From positions 1,408,001-1,472,000 of the forward strand of contig OY760686.1 in NCBI GenBank assembly GCA_963663865.1: a stretch of 64,000 bases of DNA, written 5' to 3'. This document shows, in pieces, positions 1 to 11,228 of the stretch; position 1 is the stretch's first letter; every line of letters starts with the position of its first letter. Origin of the DNA: Spirochaetota bacterium (GTDB lineage: Bacteria > Spirochaetota > UBA4802 > UBA5550). The notes below the pieces were generated by a model. It had not been told where the DNA came from and made no database searches. It worked only from the letters and a program-made list of their open reading frames with translations. Both the position numbers and the translations under genes were made by a program.

Positions 1-1
1 T

Positions 2-655
2 GCCGTTTTTATTTACGCCAATCCCTCTAATCCGGATGTCTCAAGCAGCCTCTTTGTTCCATTTATCAACGAGGCGGTTGCCGAGATGGGGTGGATGTGG
101 ATAGTTTTTGCCGTTATTGTAATCGTCGGAAGCTCCAACGCAGTAAACCTCACAGACGGGCTTGACGGACTGGCGACCGGGACGGTAGCCATAGTCGTTG
201 TTGTACTTGCTATCATGACTTATGTGACAGGACATGTAAAGATCGCGGAATATCTCCGTCTGCCTTACATAGCGCAGAGCGCTGAGCTGACGGTATTTCT
301 CGCTTCTCTTGGAGGCGCGCTTCTCGGCTTTCTCTGGTTTAACAGCAATCCGGCCGGCGTATTTATGGGAGATACAGGTTCGCTCGCTCTCGGCGGAATT
401 ATTGGGATAGTAGCCGTAATGATAAAAAAGGAAATCTTTCTTTTTATTGTAGGGGGCGTCTTTGTTATTGAAGCGCTTTCAGTTATCATCCAGGTCATAT
501 CCTACAAGACCCGAAAGAAGCGTGTGTTCAAGATGGCGCCTCTACATCATCACTTTGAGCTTTCAGGGTGGCCTGAACAGAAGGTCGTGGTAAGAATGTG
601 GATTCTTGGAATAGTCCTCGCGATTCTGGGGCTGAGTTCTCTTAAGATTCTGTAG
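2..655 (+). CDS. mraY: Phospho-N-acetylmuramoyl-pentapeptide transferase (5'-truncated by window)
   Basis: Frame open from base 2. Motifs [24 protein letters not shown] and MAPLHHHFE. First gene of the dcw cluster here. Confidence 0.97.
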   Translation, partial: AVFIYANPSNPDVSSSLFVPFINEAVAEMGWMWIVFAVIVIVGSSNAVNLTDGLDGLATGTVAIVVVVLAIMTYVTGHVKIAEYLRLPYIAQSAELTVFLASLGGALLGFLWFNSNPAGVFMGDTGSLALGGIIGIVAVMIKKEIFLFIVGGVFVIEALSVIIQVISYKTRKKRVFKMAPLHHHFELSGWPEQKVVVRMWILGIVLAILGLSSLKIL

Positions 656-659
656 GGGG

Positions 660-2069
660 ATGAAAACGTTAAGCGGAATGATAAATCTTGATAATATAAA
701 CAGCATTCTCGTTGTCGGTCTGGGTTACCGGACCGGTCTGGCGGCGTCAAACTTTTTAGCGGCATCGGGTAAGACAGTGACAGCCAACGACCTCAGAACG
801 GCCGATGAGCTTTTTGAAGTTACAAGCCGCCTTGACCGTCGAGTAGGTGTAATAGCTGGAACACAGGATGCGTCGGTACTTGATAAAGGCTTTGACCTCT
901 TGGTGCTGAGTCCCGGGGTTCCGGCTTCTATTCCCCTGGTCAAATCCGCGGTGGAGAGGAGTATTCCCGTTATCTCCGAAATCGAGCTTGCGGCCGCTTT
1001 TTTAAAGGGAACCGTAATAGCCATAACAGGAACAGACGGAAAATCTACGACAACAGATATGACCGCTTTTATTCTGAAATATCTGGGGATGAAGACCCTT
1101 ATGGGCGGCAATATCGGTATTCCTCTTATATCGCTTGTCGAACAGTCCGGAGATGATACTTTTTCAGTTATTGAGGTATCGTCCTTTCAGCTCGAAACCG
1201 TCAGGGATTTTCGCCCTGATGCCTCCGCGCTTCTTAACGTGACTCCAGACCATCTTGACAGGTACGCGGGAATGGAAGAATACTTTCAGGCGAAGATGCG
1301 AGTAGCCATGAATCAGAAAGAAGGCGATTTTTTTGTGTATAATCTTGATGACGGATTTGCGAGAAGGGGGAGCGCTTCGGTGCAATGCGCTGCCCTTCCG
1401 TTTTCGCTGTCGGACGATGCGGCTTCATGTTTCTTTGACGGAGAATCCATTTTTTTAAGAAAGGGCGCACGTCCCGAGTTCGTGATAAAGGCATCTGATA
1501 TGGGCCTTATCGGGCTGCACAATGTACAAAACGCGATGGCGTCACTTCTGCTTGTTGTTTCAGTTCTGATTAAGAGAGAAATTTCGCCCGATATAGAGAA
1601 AATCGCAGAGGCCCTTAAGCAGTACAGAGGCCTGCCGCACAGAATGGAGCCTGTAGGAGAATATCAGGGGCGCTGCTTTGTAAATGACTCCAAGGCTACA
1701 ACCGTAGGGGCTGTTGAGATGGCTCTCAGAAGTCTGGACGGCAACGGAGTTCTGATTGTCGGCGGAAGGACAAAGGGCGATGACTATTCAAGGCTGGCCG
1801 ATGCGGCTGAAGGACGGGTGCATTCCGTGGTCACCGTTGGAGAATCAGCAGACTATTTTTACGGAATATTCAGCGGCTTCAACAGAGAGAAATCTTCAGA
1901 CCTCAGGGACGCAGTTATGAAGGCAATGAAAATGTCAAAGCCGGGTGATACCATCCTGCTTTCACCTGCCTGTGCCTCCTTTGACATGTTCAAGAGCTTT
2001 GAGGAGCGTGGAGAACTTTTCAGGTCTGTTTTCAAAGAGCTTTCAGAAGGAGCAGCAGCGTGGAGCTGA
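660..2069 (+). CDS. murD: UDP-MurNAc-L-Ala:D-Glu ligase
   Basis: AITGTDGKSTT P-loop, EVSSFQL, NVTPDHLDRY, NDSKATT, LSPACASFD; follows mraY. Confidence 0.97.
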   Translation: MKTLSGMINLDNINSILVVGLGYRTGLAASNFLAASGKTVTANDLRTADELFEVTSRLDRRVGVIAGTQDASVLDKGFDLLVLSPGVPASIPLVKSAVERSIPVISEIELAAAFLKGTVIAITGTDGKSTTTDMTAFILKYLGMKTLMGGNIGIPLISLVEQSGDDTFSVIEVSSFQLETVRDFRPDASALLNVTPDHLDRYAGMEEYFQAKMRVAMNQKEGDFFVYNLDDGFARRGSASVQCAALPFSLSDDAASCFFDGESIFLRKGARPEFVIKASDMGLIGLHNVQNAMASLLLVVSVLIKREISPDIEKIAEALKQYRGLPHRMEPVGEYQGRCFVNDSKATTVGAVEMALRSLDGNGVLIVGGRTKGDDYSRLADAAEGRVHSVVTVGESADYFYGIFSGFNREKSSDLRDAVMKAMKMSKPGDTILLSPACASFDMFKSFEERGELFRSVFKELSEGAAAWS

Positions 2070-3214
2070 GCCGCCCAGCATATTCGCTCAGAAGAAGGGA
2101 GCCTGACATGGTTCTCTTCCTGACGGTGTTTACCATCGCCGGAATGGGGATAGCGATGTGCTACAGCGCGAGCGCCGTATTCGCGCTCAATCACTACGGA
2201 GACGCTTTTTACTTTTTAAAGAAACAGCTTATCTGGTTTTTCGCTGGATTCATCGCGCTGCTTGCTTTTCAGGAGATCGACTACAGAAAGTATTCAAGAT
2301 ATACGGGTATAATGCTCATTGTTATGGCGGCGCTTCTTATTGCTGTCATTATCCCCGGCATAGGTGAAGACGCTAAGGGATCAGCGAGGTGGATAAATAT
2401 CGGCATATTGAACTTTCAGCCGTCCGAGTTCGTGAAGGTCGTGACAGTTATCTATCTGGCCAAGGCCTTTTCATCGGAAAACACTGACAATCCGGTGGTC
2501 CAGATTCTTGTACCACTCACCATAGTCGCTGCTATGTCATTGCTCATACTCCTTCAGCCGGATTTTGGTACAGCTGTTGACATTCTAATTGTTGCAGTGA
2601 CTCTGTTCTTTGTTTCCGGCTTTTCTCTTTTGTATATATTAACCCTTTTCGTGATCAGTATTCCAATGTTTTACCTGATTATATATCAGGTTGATTACAG
2701 AAAAGCCAGGCTTTTGGCCTACCTTGATCCCTGGGCGGACCGTTTCGGGTCGGGATATCATATCATTCAGTCGTTTATAGCCTTTAAGAAGGGAGCCCTG
2801 CTCGGCGTCGGTCTCGGCTTTGGGACTCAGAAGCTGCAGAGGCTTCCCGAGCCCCATACCGACTTTATTTTTGCTGTAATCGCGGAGGAAGTCGGGCTTT
2901 TTGGAACGGTGCTTATTGTCCTTCTATTTTGCATGTTTTTTATGAGGGCGGTGAGCATATCGCTTACTGCACCGGACAGATTCGGAAAACTTCTCGCGAT
3001 TGGTCTGGGACTTATGGTTACGGTACAGGCCTTTATAAATATGGGGGTAGTCACCGGGTTGCTGCCAACTACAGGCATTCCGTTGCCGATGATAAGCTAC
3101 GGCGGTTCATCGTTTCTGACTACCATGATTGCTGCCGGAATACTGCTGAACATATCACGAAACAGGGATTATTCATCGGCGGCTGAAAGACACACAGATG
3201 AGGTATGGAATTGA
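2060..3214 (+). CDS. ftsW: SEDS-family peptidoglycan polymerase FtsW
   Basis: Multi-TM protein with FQPSEFVK, QPDFGT, LPEPHTDFIF and ISYGGSS; dcw position. Confidence 0.96.
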   Translation: MELSRPAYSLRRREPDMVLFLTVFTIAGMGIAMCYSASAVFALNHYGDAFYFLKKQLIWFFAGFIALLAFQEIDYRKYSRYTGIMLIVMAALLIAVIIPGIGEDAKGSARWINIGILNFQPSEFVKVVTVIYLAKAFSSENTDNPVVQILVPLTIVAAMSLLILLQPDFGTAVDILIVAVTLFFVSGFSLLYILTLFVISIPMFYLIIYQVDYRKARLLAYLDPWADRFGSGYHIIQSFIAFKKGALLGVGLGFGTQKLQRLPEPHTDFIFAVIAEEVGLFGTVLIVLLFCMFFMRAVSISLTAPDRFGKLLAIGLGLMVTVQAFINMGVVTGLLPTTGIPLPMISYGGSSFLTTMIAAGILLNISRNRDYSSAAERHTDEVWN

Positions 3215-4320
3215 AAGAAGGATCAGTATTGATAATTGGAGGCGGTACCGGAGGCCATATAAGCCCCGGAATCGCGTTATACGAAGAGTTTATGTCAAGG
3301 GGAGTTAAGGCGGTTTTTCTTGCTTCGAACCGGGACAAAAAGTACACATCTCTTGAGGCGGTTGACTCAGAGCTGCTGAACTTCTATCCGGCGCCGCCTT
3401 TCACGGCTAATCCGGTTAAGCTTCCGATCTTTGCACTGAGGTTTTTTCTTGCTGCGGGAAGAGCTTCACGGATTATGAAAAGGAATCAGGTCAGGGCTGT
3501 AATCGGGATGGGAGGATATACATCAGCGCCGGCCCTTTTTGCGGCTGGTATGAGGGGGATTCCAATTTTCCTTTGCGAACAGAATTCAATACCCGGCAAG
3601 GTCACGAGGCTCTTTGAAAAGAAAGCAAGAAAGATATTCGGAACATTTGAGGTATCAGCACGATATTTGAAAAACAGAGATGCCTTCGTATGTACAGGGA
3701 ATCCTGTCAGGAATAACGCGATATGCTCAGTTCCGAGAGATGAGGCAAGGCGCGCGTTCAACCTTGGCCATTGCAGAAAGGTGCTTCTCGTAATAGGGGG
3801 AAGCCAGGGGGCGATGAGGCTCAATAACCTGATTTTTAGCCTCAGAGAGCGCTATCCTTCAGATTTTAAGGATATTGGAATAATCTGGAGCACAGGCCCT
3901 GCTTCTTTCTCTGATTACAAAAAGAAGGTTCAGGAAGAACTAAGCGGCGGGTCGATATACCTGTCGCCGTATATAGAAAAAGTCGGACTTGCCTACAGAG
4001 CAAGCAATCTGGCCATAAGCCGCTCAGGAGCCGGAGTGATGATGGAGCTTGCCGGAAACGGTCTGCCATCAATACTGATTCCTTATCCTTACGCGGCAGA
4101 CAATCACCAGGCTCTCAATGCCGCCGCTTTTGAGGAAGCAGGCGCATCCCTGAGTGTAGCGGACTCTCAGGCAACAGCCGAGAATGTAGCCCCGATGCTC
4201 TTTCAGCTGCTCTCTGATGACAGAGGACTTGCGGTGATGTCCGAGGCATCCGTTAAGGCAGCCCGTACCAATGCCGCCTCAGAGATCGCGGTAAGGGTCT
4301 GTGATCTGGCAGGGCTGTAG
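3205..4320 (+). CDS. murG: Lipid I GlcNAc transferase
   Basis: GGGTGGHISP, GNPVR, GGSQGA, SRSGA, NHQALNA. Confidence 0.96.
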   Translation: MELKEGSVLIIGGGTGGHISPGIALYEEFMSRGVKAVFLASNRDKKYTSLEAVDSELLNFYPAPPFTANPVKLPIFALRFFLAAGRASRIMKRNQVRAVIGMGGYTSAPALFAAGMRGIPIFLCEQNSIPGKVTRLFEKKARKIFGTFEVSARYLKNRDAFVCTGNPVRNNAICSVPRDEARRAFNLGHCRKVLLVIGGSQGAMRLNNLIFSLRERYPSDFKDIGIIWSTGPASFSDYKKKVQEELSGGSIYLSPYIEKVGLAYRASNLAISRSGAGVMMELAGNGLPSILIPYPYAADNHQALNAAAFEEAGASLSVADSQATAENVAPMLFQLLSDDRGLAVMSEASVKAARTNAASEIAVRVCDLAGL

Positions 4321-4350
4321 GGCGAATTAAACAATTTAGAGGAATCGAAA

Positions 4351-5718
4351 GTGTTCAGAAAGTCAAAAAAAATGCACTTCATAGGAATCGGCGGAATCGG
4401 TATGAGCGGAATTGCCGAGATACTTATAAATATGGGATTTGAGGTTTCAGGTTCAGACCTTCATGAGTCTGACCAGACAAGACGTCTTCAATCGCTGGGG
4501 GCCAGGGTCTTTATCGGCCACCTGCCGTCAAATATCCTTGATTACAATGTCGTAGTGACATCGACAGCGATAAGCCGTTCCAATCCTGAACTGATTGAGG
4601 CAAAAAAAAGAGGCATACCCGTGATTCACAGGTCGGAGATGCTCGCAGAGCTTGTACGGCTCAAGCACGGAATAGGAGTGGCGGGTACACACGGAAAGAC
4701 GACGACATCGTCCATGCTTGCGCATCTTCTATGCCATGGCGGTTATAATCCGACCGCTATAATAGGCGGGAAGGTGCACAACTTTGACAGCAATGCCTGC
4801 ATCGGTGAAGGCGAATACCTTGTCTTTGAAGCTGATGAATCGGATGGTTCATTTCTTAAGCTCCTGCCGACTATTGGAATTGTAACGAATATTGACGCGG
4901 ATCACCTTGACCACTACAAGTATTTTAACAATATCAAGTCCGCCTTTCTTGAGTACATAAACAATATACCGTTTTACGGCTATTCTGTGCTCTGTATTGA
5001 TGATCCGACAGTCAGGGAGCTTTTGCCCGAGGTAGAGAGGCCTCACATGACTTACGGCTTCTCACCCGACGCGGACGTAAGAGCGGCCGAAACCAGGCTT
5101 GAAGACGGCATGATGAAGTTCAAATGCTTCATCAAGGATAACCTTTTCGGAGAGATTGAGCTTGCCTCTCTCGGCAGGCACAATGTTCAGAATTCGCTTT
5201 CGGTAATTGCGGTGGCCCACGAGCTTGGTATGAGCAGTGTGCAGGTAAGGGAAGGTCTTGCCTCATTCCGCGGAGTCGGAAGACGCTTTGAGAGAATTGG
5301 CGAGGAGAACGGCATTCTGGTAATGGATGACTACGGGCATCATCCAACCGAAATAAGAGCGGCCCTTGACGCTTTGAAGGAAATCGGGAGAAGGCTTATC
5401 GTTGTATTTCAGCCTCACCGCTATACCAGAACGCAGCTGCTGTGGGATGAATTTGCCCAGGCATTCAGCAAGGCTGATGAGCTGATATTAGCCGGAATAT
5501 ATCCGGCCGGTGAACAGCCTATTGAAGGTGTTTCATCTGAACTGATTGCTGAGGCCATTATGAAACACGAAAAACGCTCTGTTGATGTGGTCGAGAGGTT
5601 TGAGGATATAGCCGAAGCTGTTCTCGCAAAAGCAGCCCCGGGAGACCTGATTGTGACACTTGGCGCTGGAGATATTTACAAGGCCGGAAGAATGATTATA
5701 GAAAAACTCAGGAAATAG
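4351..5718 (+). CDS. murC: UDP-MurNAc:L-Ala ligase
   Basis: HFIGIGGIGMSG, GTHGKTTT, EADESDGSF, DDYGHHPTEI, FQPHRYTR. Confidence 0.97.
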   Translation: MFRKSKKMHFIGIGGIGMSGIAEILINMGFEVSGSDLHESDQTRRLQSLGARVFIGHLPSNILDYNVVVTSTAISRSNPELIEAKKRGIPVIHRSEMLAELVRLKHGIGVAGTHGKTTTSSMLAHLLCHGGYNPTAIIGGKVHNFDSNACIGEGEYLVFEADESDGSFLKLLPTIGIVTNIDADHLDHYKYFNNIKSAFLEYINNIPFYGYSVLCIDDPTVRELLPEVERPHMTYGFSPDADVRAAETRLEDGMMKFKCFIKDNLFGEIELASLGRHNVQNSLSVIAVAHELGMSSVQVREGLASFRGVGRRFERIGEENGILVMDDYGHHPTEIRAALDALKEIGRRLIVVFQPHRYTRTQLLWDEFAQAFSKADELILAGIYPAGEQPIEGVSSELIAEAIMKHEKRSVDVVERFEDIAEAVLAKAAPGDLIVTLGAGDIYKAGRMIIEKLRK

Positions 5719-6416
5719 TGCCGATTATGCCGAAGTTTTATAGTAGTGTGCTTGCTGTAGTTCTCTGCGTTGTTGTCTGCGCTGAGAAATCTGATGCCTC
5801 AGATATAAGGTATTACAGGAGCATGGACTTTAGCGGTCTGGAATTACTTGATAAGGCTGTAATTTTAAAGGGAGCTGTTTCAGCGGAAAATGGGGCAATC
5901 GCGGCTGATATGGATCAGCTGAGGATGAACCTTTCAGGCAGTGCACTTGTCGATTCTTTCAGACTGGATTCAAATGGGCAGAGGCTATCTGTGATTGTGA
6001 AGGAAAAGAAGATAAGGGCAGCTCTCGCAGTTGTTAACGGCTCAAGGGTCATTCCGGCGCTGCTGACATTTGACAACAGGCTTGTTTCAGGGTCTGAAGC
6101 GGCTTCTATGCCCGTGATCGTGGTAAATGTGGAGAGGTTTGTTAACGGAAAACCGGCAAGATCTCTGCTCAGAGCCGCAGGCCTTGTAAGATGGATATCC
6201 GATAAGGAACCAGATTTTTACAGTCAGATTCTATCGGTGGAGCTGACAGATTCCGACAGGCTTGTTGTTAAGCTTAATGGTAGAAGGACGCTGTTTAGAA
6301 CAGATTTTTCAAGACAGGGGCTGATGATGGTCAAGAAGGCGGCGGCTTTTTTTGACACAAAAGAATACTATCCTGACAAAATGAATATTATCGGAGACAG
6401 AGCGGTCATACGGTGA
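5718..6416 (+). CDS. Probable divergent cell division protein FtsQ/DivIB-like
   Basis: Syntenic between murC and ftsA with overlapping stop/start codons. Has an N-terminal hydrophobic helix, a POTRA-like segment ending LSVIVKEK and a C-terminal MNIIGDRAVIR. Sequence is divergent. Confidence 0.6.
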   Translation: MPIMPKFYSSVLAVVLCVVVCAEKSDASDIRYYRSMDFSGLELLDKAVILKGAVSAENGAIAADMDQLRMNLSGSALVDSFRLDSNGQRLSVIVKEKKIRAALAVVNGSRVIPALLTFDNRLVSGSEAASMPVIVVNVERFVNGKPARSLLRAAGLVRWISDKEPDFYSQILSVELTDSDRLVVKLNGRRTLFRTDFSRQGLMMVKKAAAFFDTKEYYPDKMNIIGDRAVIR

Positions 6417-6430
6417 CCGGGGAGAGCATA

Positions 6431-7651
6431 ATGGAAGAAATAATGGTCGGTCTTGATATAGGTACCACAAAAACATGCGCTGTCATAGGCCGCATGAATG
6501 AGAATAACCAGGTTGAAATTGCCGGAGTGGGTGTCGCTCCCTCGACAGGTCTAAAAAACGGGATTATTGTAAATATTGACAATACGGCAGCAGCTATTCA
6601 GAAGGCTATTGAAGATGCCGAGCTTATGGCCGGCTATGAGGTCACCAATGTCTGTGTCGGAATGAGCGGGCAGCATATTAAGGGGCAAAACTCCAGAGGA
6701 GTTGTGGCGATTTCAAACAGGAACAGGACAATAACTGAAACAGAGGTCAAGAGGGTCGTTGAAGCGGCTCAGGCTGTTGTGATACCTCCTGACAGAGAGA
6801 TTATGCATGTCCTTTCAAAGGAGTTCTCAGTTGATGATCAGACTGGAATCAAAGACCCCATCGGGATGAGCGGCGTAAGGCTGGAAGCTGAAGTGCATAT
6901 TATCACCGGTTCAACCACAAGTATTCAGAACATGATGAAGTCCGTAGACAGAGCCGGTTTCGGATTTAACGACATTATTTTCAACGCTCTTGCTTCCGCT
7001 GATGCCGTAATAAGCAGTGACGAAAAGGAGCTTGGTGTCGCCCTTGTCGATATCGGAGGCGGTACTACGGATATCATCGTATTTCTGGAAGGCGGTGTCG
7101 CGTATTCTTCGGTACTCTCTGTCGGCGGAATTCACGTTACAAACGATATTTCTATCGGGTTGAGGACTCCTCTCGAATCCGCGGAGATGATAAAGCGGAA
7201 GTACGGTTGTGCAGTTCTTGATCTTGTTGACGCTTCAGAGATGGTAGAGGTGCCGTCCGTCGGGGGCAGGGCGCCCCGCAGGCTCTTCAGACAGGAGCTT
7301 ACTCAGATAATCGAACCCAGAATGACTGAGATAATGGAGATGGCCTCGCTTGAGCTGACCAGAAGCGGTAAGAAGGATATTCTCGCTGCCGGCATAGTCA
7401 TTACCGGAGGAGGCAGTATGCTGGACGGCTGTATTGAGGCAGGCGAGCGTGTTTTTAATATGCCCGTTCGAATTGGCGTTCCCAGGGATATCGCCGGACT
7501 TAAGGACGTGGTGAATACTCCTCAGTACGCTAACGGTGTGGGGCTTCTGAAATACGGGATCAGAATGAACCGCTACAAGAAGCCGCGGTTTGAAAAGGGC
7601 AAGGTGTCACTTGCCGGACGTATCAGGAAGTGGATGCAGGATTATCTTTAG
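6431..7651 (+). CDS. ftsA: Cell division protein FtsA
   Basis: GLDIGTTK, DIGGGTTD, GGIHVTNDI, ITGGGS. ATG at 6431 follows GGAGAG (ORF track starts at 6413). Confidence 0.97.
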   Translation: MEEIMVGLDIGTTKTCAVIGRMNENNQVEIAGVGVAPSTGLKNGIIVNIDNTAAAIQKAIEDAELMAGYEVTNVCVGMSGQHIKGQNSRGVVAISNRNRTITETEVKRVVEAAQAVVIPPDREIMHVLSKEFSVDDQTGIKDPIGMSGVRLEAEVHIITGSTTSIQNMMKSVDRAGFGFNDIIFNALASADAVISSDEKELGVALVDIGGGTTDIIVFLEGGVAYSSVLSVGGIHVTNDISIGLRTPLESAEMIKRKYGCAVLDLVDASEMVEVPSVGGRAPRRLFRQELTQIIEPRMTEIMEMASLELTRSGKKDILAAGIVITGGGSMLDGCIEAGERVFNMPVRIGVPRDIAGLKDVVNTPQYANGVGLLKYGIRMNRYKKPRFEKGKVSLAGRIRKWMQDYL

Positions 7652-7887
7652 GATCAAGGGCATTAGTCCGATAAAGTGGTTAAGCTGTTGAAATTGACTT
7701 TAAGCTGCATGAGTCGTGTTTCAAAGGTGAAATTTGATTAATATGGTCATTAATGACCTGGTATATTAATTAAATTTAATATAGATTATTGATTTTTTTG
7801 GCACTTAAATTAATCTGTATCGTTTTTTTCTTGCTTAATGAGACATAATAAATACAATGCTTTTCAACACAGTATTGGGGAGGAACA

Positions 7888-9066
7888 ATGTTCAAGTTAG
7901 AAGAGGAAAAACCCTTAAACACCGTTATAAAGGTTGTTGGTGTCGGGGGTGCCGGAACAAATGCCGTCAACAGAATGATCGCGACCGGTATGACCGGAAT
8001 TGAATTCATTGTAGCCAATACGGATGCACAGCAGCTTCGTGACAGCCTTGCGTCTGAAAAAATTCAGCTCGGAAACAAGCTGACTCGCGGTCTTGGTGCG
8101 GGAGCAGACCCAGAAATAGGCAGAAAGGCGGCCACTGAGGATAGAGACCGGATAGAAAAGGCGCTTGCCGGCGCTGATATGATATTTATTACAGCCGGTA
8201 TGGGCGGTGGAACAGGAACAGGAGCCGCTCCCATAGTTGCTGAGGTGGCAAAAGAGCAGGGCGCTCTCGTCGTAGGTGTAGTAACAAAGCCCTTCAAAGT
8301 GGAAGGGAAGAGGCGTGGAACCCGAGCTGAAGAGGGTATTCAGAACCTTAAGCAGAAGGTTGATACCCTTATTACTATACCAAATGATCTGCTCCTGAAG
8401 ATAATAGATAAAAGGACGCCTATCGAGGACGCGTTCAAACTCGCTGATGATATTCTGCGCCAGGGCGTTCAGGGCATAGCCGATCTAATCATGATTACAG
8501 GCATAGTCAATGTAGACTTCGCAGACGTCCGCACTGTCATGAGCGAGACTGGAGACGCTTTAATGGGAGTTGGAATCGGCAGCGGTGAAAACAAGGCTAT
8601 GGAAGCCATATCCATGGCTATAAACAGCCCCCTGCTTGAGGAGACGAGTATTGAAGGAGCAAAGGCGGTACTGATCAATATTGCAGGCGGAAACGATCTT
8701 TCTCTTCATGAGGTTAATGAGGTAACTGAGATAGTTCAGAACCAGGTTGATCCTGACGCCAACATTATTTTTGGAACTACTGTGGATGCCGCTCTGGATG
8801 ACCGAATAAGGGTTACAGTCATCGCGACTGGTTTCGACAAGAAAAAGAACATGCTGACAAAGCAGCGTCCCGTCTCAAGGGAGCTTGACCATAAAACCGG
8901 AACGCCTCTCACAGTTATTGAGGGAAATTCCGAGAATCAGAGGCCATCCGCGGTGCCTGACAGAAATAAGTTCAGCCTTAGCTTCGAAAGAGATACGCGG
9001 AGAAGAACTGATTTCTCCAATGAGGATCTCGATATTCCTACCTTTTTGCGAAGAGGGGCAGAGTAA
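7888..9066 (+). CDS. ftsZ: Cell division protein FtsZ
   Basis: GGGTGTG tubulin signature, NVDFADV, C-terminal DLDIPTFLR; RBS GGGAGG. Confidence 0.99.
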   Translation: MFKLEEEKPLNTVIKVVGVGGAGTNAVNRMIATGMTGIEFIVANTDAQQLRDSLASEKIQLGNKLTRGLGAGADPEIGRKAATEDRDRIEKALAGADMIFITAGMGGGTGTGAAPIVAEVAKEQGALVVGVVTKPFKVEGKRRGTRAEEGIQNLKQKVDTLITIPNDLLLKIIDKRTPIEDAFKLADDILRQGVQGIADLIMITGIVNVDFADVRTVMSETGDALMGVGIGSGENKAMEAISMAINSPLLEETSIEGAKAVLINIAGGNDLSLHEVNEVTEIVQNQVDPDANIIFGTTVDAALDDRIRVTVIATGFDKKKNMLTKQRPVSRELDHKTGTPLTVIEGNSENQRPSAVPDRNKFSLSFERDTRRRTDFSNEDLDIPTFLRRGAE

Positions 9067-9073
9067 TAATTCG

Positions 9074-9104
9074 GGCCGGTTTTGAAACCGGCCGCGTTTT
9101 TTTT
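9074..9104 (+). terminator. Rho-independent terminator after ftsZ
   Basis: GGCCGGTT-ttga-AACCGGCC stem followed by a T8 run, between convergent genes. Confidence 0.85.
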
Positions 9105-9105
9105 G

Positions 9106-10836
9106 TTATTTTACTATTTTGTATTCCACCCTGCGGTTGAGGTCATTGTACAGGAGCCCTTTTGTTTTTACGGCAGGCCGTTTTGAACCATAGCCCCGGG
9201 TGGTGAGCCTTTTTGGGTCAATTCCCATCTTAATGAAGTAGTCGCGTACAGCACGCGCTCTTTTCAGGCTGATTGTGTAGTTTGCCTTCCGGCTTCCCCG
9301 TTCGTCCGAATGTCCCATGATTCGAAGTTTGATTTCAGGATTTTGACGCAGGTGTTCTATCGTTCTGTGCAGTCCGGTTATCTCAGAAACACGTATTTTC
9401 GGCGAGTTAAAATCAAAATATACCGGATTAAGCCAGTTTGAAGAGCCTTTCAGATCTGACTTCACCTGAATATCCGCTTTAACAATTGAACCCGGGACTA
9501 CATCGGCGCGGGTATCTCCTTCAATAAGCTTCCCGTCGAGAGGGCAAATCTCTACAGAGGTAACGTCGCTTTTCGGAAAGATAATTACTCTTCCGTCTAC
9601 GATACTTCGAGTGATCTCCCTGACCTTTTCTTCGCCCGAGTAAAGCTTTATAAGGAATCTCCCGTCAGCCTGATTATTTGCGCCGATATTATGTAGATTA
9701 TAAACAATCCTGGTGCGTCCGTCAGCTGCCGTTTTTATGTCGGTTTCATCTGCGTCATTTGCCGGCTGAACGGGAATCTCAGCCGGTTTTTGAGGTTCGG
9801 GGGGCCTGGAGGCAGGCGAGTCTTCGAGCATTACAAGCTCCGGAAGCGATATTTGCACGTTTGCTTTATCATTGTCATTTACAGATTTTTCGGGAGACGC
9901 GGTTTTTTCGCCTGATAGGGGTTGTTGAAAGCTGGGCGCTGAGGGTAAAGTCAGCTCATAGATATCATATCCGCCGAAGGAGTTGAGCCGGTCGGAGCAA
10001 AAATATGCTTTTTTTTCTGATGAACTCATGAACAGCTCATTGGAACTTGAATTTATCTCCGGGCCGAGGTTGACAGCACGCGAGTCGGCAGTAAGCGGCT
10101 CACTGACATGGTAGATATCCCATCCGCCAAAACCGCCGGCCCTTCTTGAAGCGAAATAAAACCCTCCGCCCGGCGACGGGGTCGGGGCCATCTCGTAGGA
10201 GCCGGTATTTACGGGATAAGGCATTTCAACCGCGCCTATGTATCTTCCCTCTGTAAAGACAGCGAACATGATTTTTGAATTTCGAATATTGCTGAAACGC
10301 CATCTTGAGAAATAGATAGTCTTTTTGTCAGTGCTCAGAGAGGGCGTTCGTTCATTCCATGTTGTATTTACCTCACCAGGAACCGGAACGGGTATGGACC
10401 ATTCTCCATTGATCTTATGTGAAATATATATGTCATAAGTTATCCTGGCGACACCATCGGCGGTTACCGAAGGCCTTAGGCTGCCCTCGCGGTCTGTTGA
10501 AAAAACAATAGCTGTCCCATCCGGCGATATATATGGCGTTTCGTCGTTGGACGGTGAGTTGAGGATTTCAAAAGGAGCGGGGTCAGACCATGACCCATTT
10601 TCATAGGTCGCCATAAAAATGTCGTGATTATTTGAACCTTCCGGCTGTCTGCTGAAAAGCATAGTCTTGCCGTCGGCTGTGACGGAAGGCCCGTAATCGT
10701 CAAGGGATGTGTTCAAAGTATTCCCGGCATTCAGGGGTTTTGAGCCTGAAACCGGATGTTTGCCTTCGGCTGAAAGCGCTGTGGAAATGAATAACGCAAA
10801 AGCCAAACAGATAATGTTGAATGTATTGTTTTTCAA
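9106..10836 (-). CDS. Exported PD40/TolB-like beta-propeller protein with C-terminal OmpA-like peptidoglycan-binding domain
   Basis: Signal peptide; repeated PxxSxDGxxxxFS (PD40) motifs; C-terminal VYFDFNS, GHSDERGS..N..ISLKRA and NRRVE. Confidence 0.9.
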   Translation of the reverse strand: MKNNTFNIICLAFALFISTALSAEGKHPVSGSKPLNAGNTLNTSLDDYGPSVTADGKTMLFSRQPEGSNNHDIFMATYENGSWSDPAPFEILNSPSNDETPYISPDGTAIVFSTDREGSLRPSVTADGVARITYDIYISHKINGEWSIPVPVPGEVNTTWNERTPSLSTDKKTIYFSRWRFSNIRNSKIMFAVFTEGRYIGAVEMPYPVNTGSYEMAPTPSPGGGFYFASRRAGGFGGWDIYHVSEPLTADSRAVNLGPEINSSSNELFMSSSEKKAYFCSDRLNSFGGYDIYELTLPSAPSFQQPLSGEKTASPEKSVNDNDKANVQISLPELVMLEDSPASRPPEPQKPAEIPVQPANDADETDIKTAADGRTRIVYNLHNIGANNQADGRFLIKLYSGEEKVREITRSIVDGRVIIFPKSDVTSVEICPLDGKLIEGDTRADVVPGSIVKADIQVKSDLKGSSNWLNPVYFDFNSPKIRVSEITGLHRTIEHLRQNPEIKLRIMGHSDERGSRKANYTISLKRARAVRDYFIKMGIDPKRLTTRGYGSKRPAVKTKGLLYNDLNRRVEYKIVK

Positions 10837-11228
10837 TGTATAAGGCCCCCGGAATCAAATTGTTCTCGGAATTGCACGCCCGGATGTATGCAAAAAGCGG
10901 ACAATCGTATTAATAGATATGCTAAATGTATTCAGTTATCAAGCACAATCACGCGATGAGGCGGTAAAGTGCTCATAATGTATTTTCGATAAAAAAACGG
11001 CTCATCTTCAGTCAATAAATGTAACAATGCACATTTATTGAATCTTCTCAAAAAGACATGCTTTATAGCTTTATGTCAGGGTAACTGTCTTGAGCCGCGC
11101 GGATATTGTTTTCTTTCCGGATGCAATCGCGATAATTCACCGCGTTTCATTACAATCATTTTCGAATTCAAATATAAATGAAAATCGGCAATGGGCCGAT
11201 AAGTCTATTAGATAATGGAGGTTCCTTG

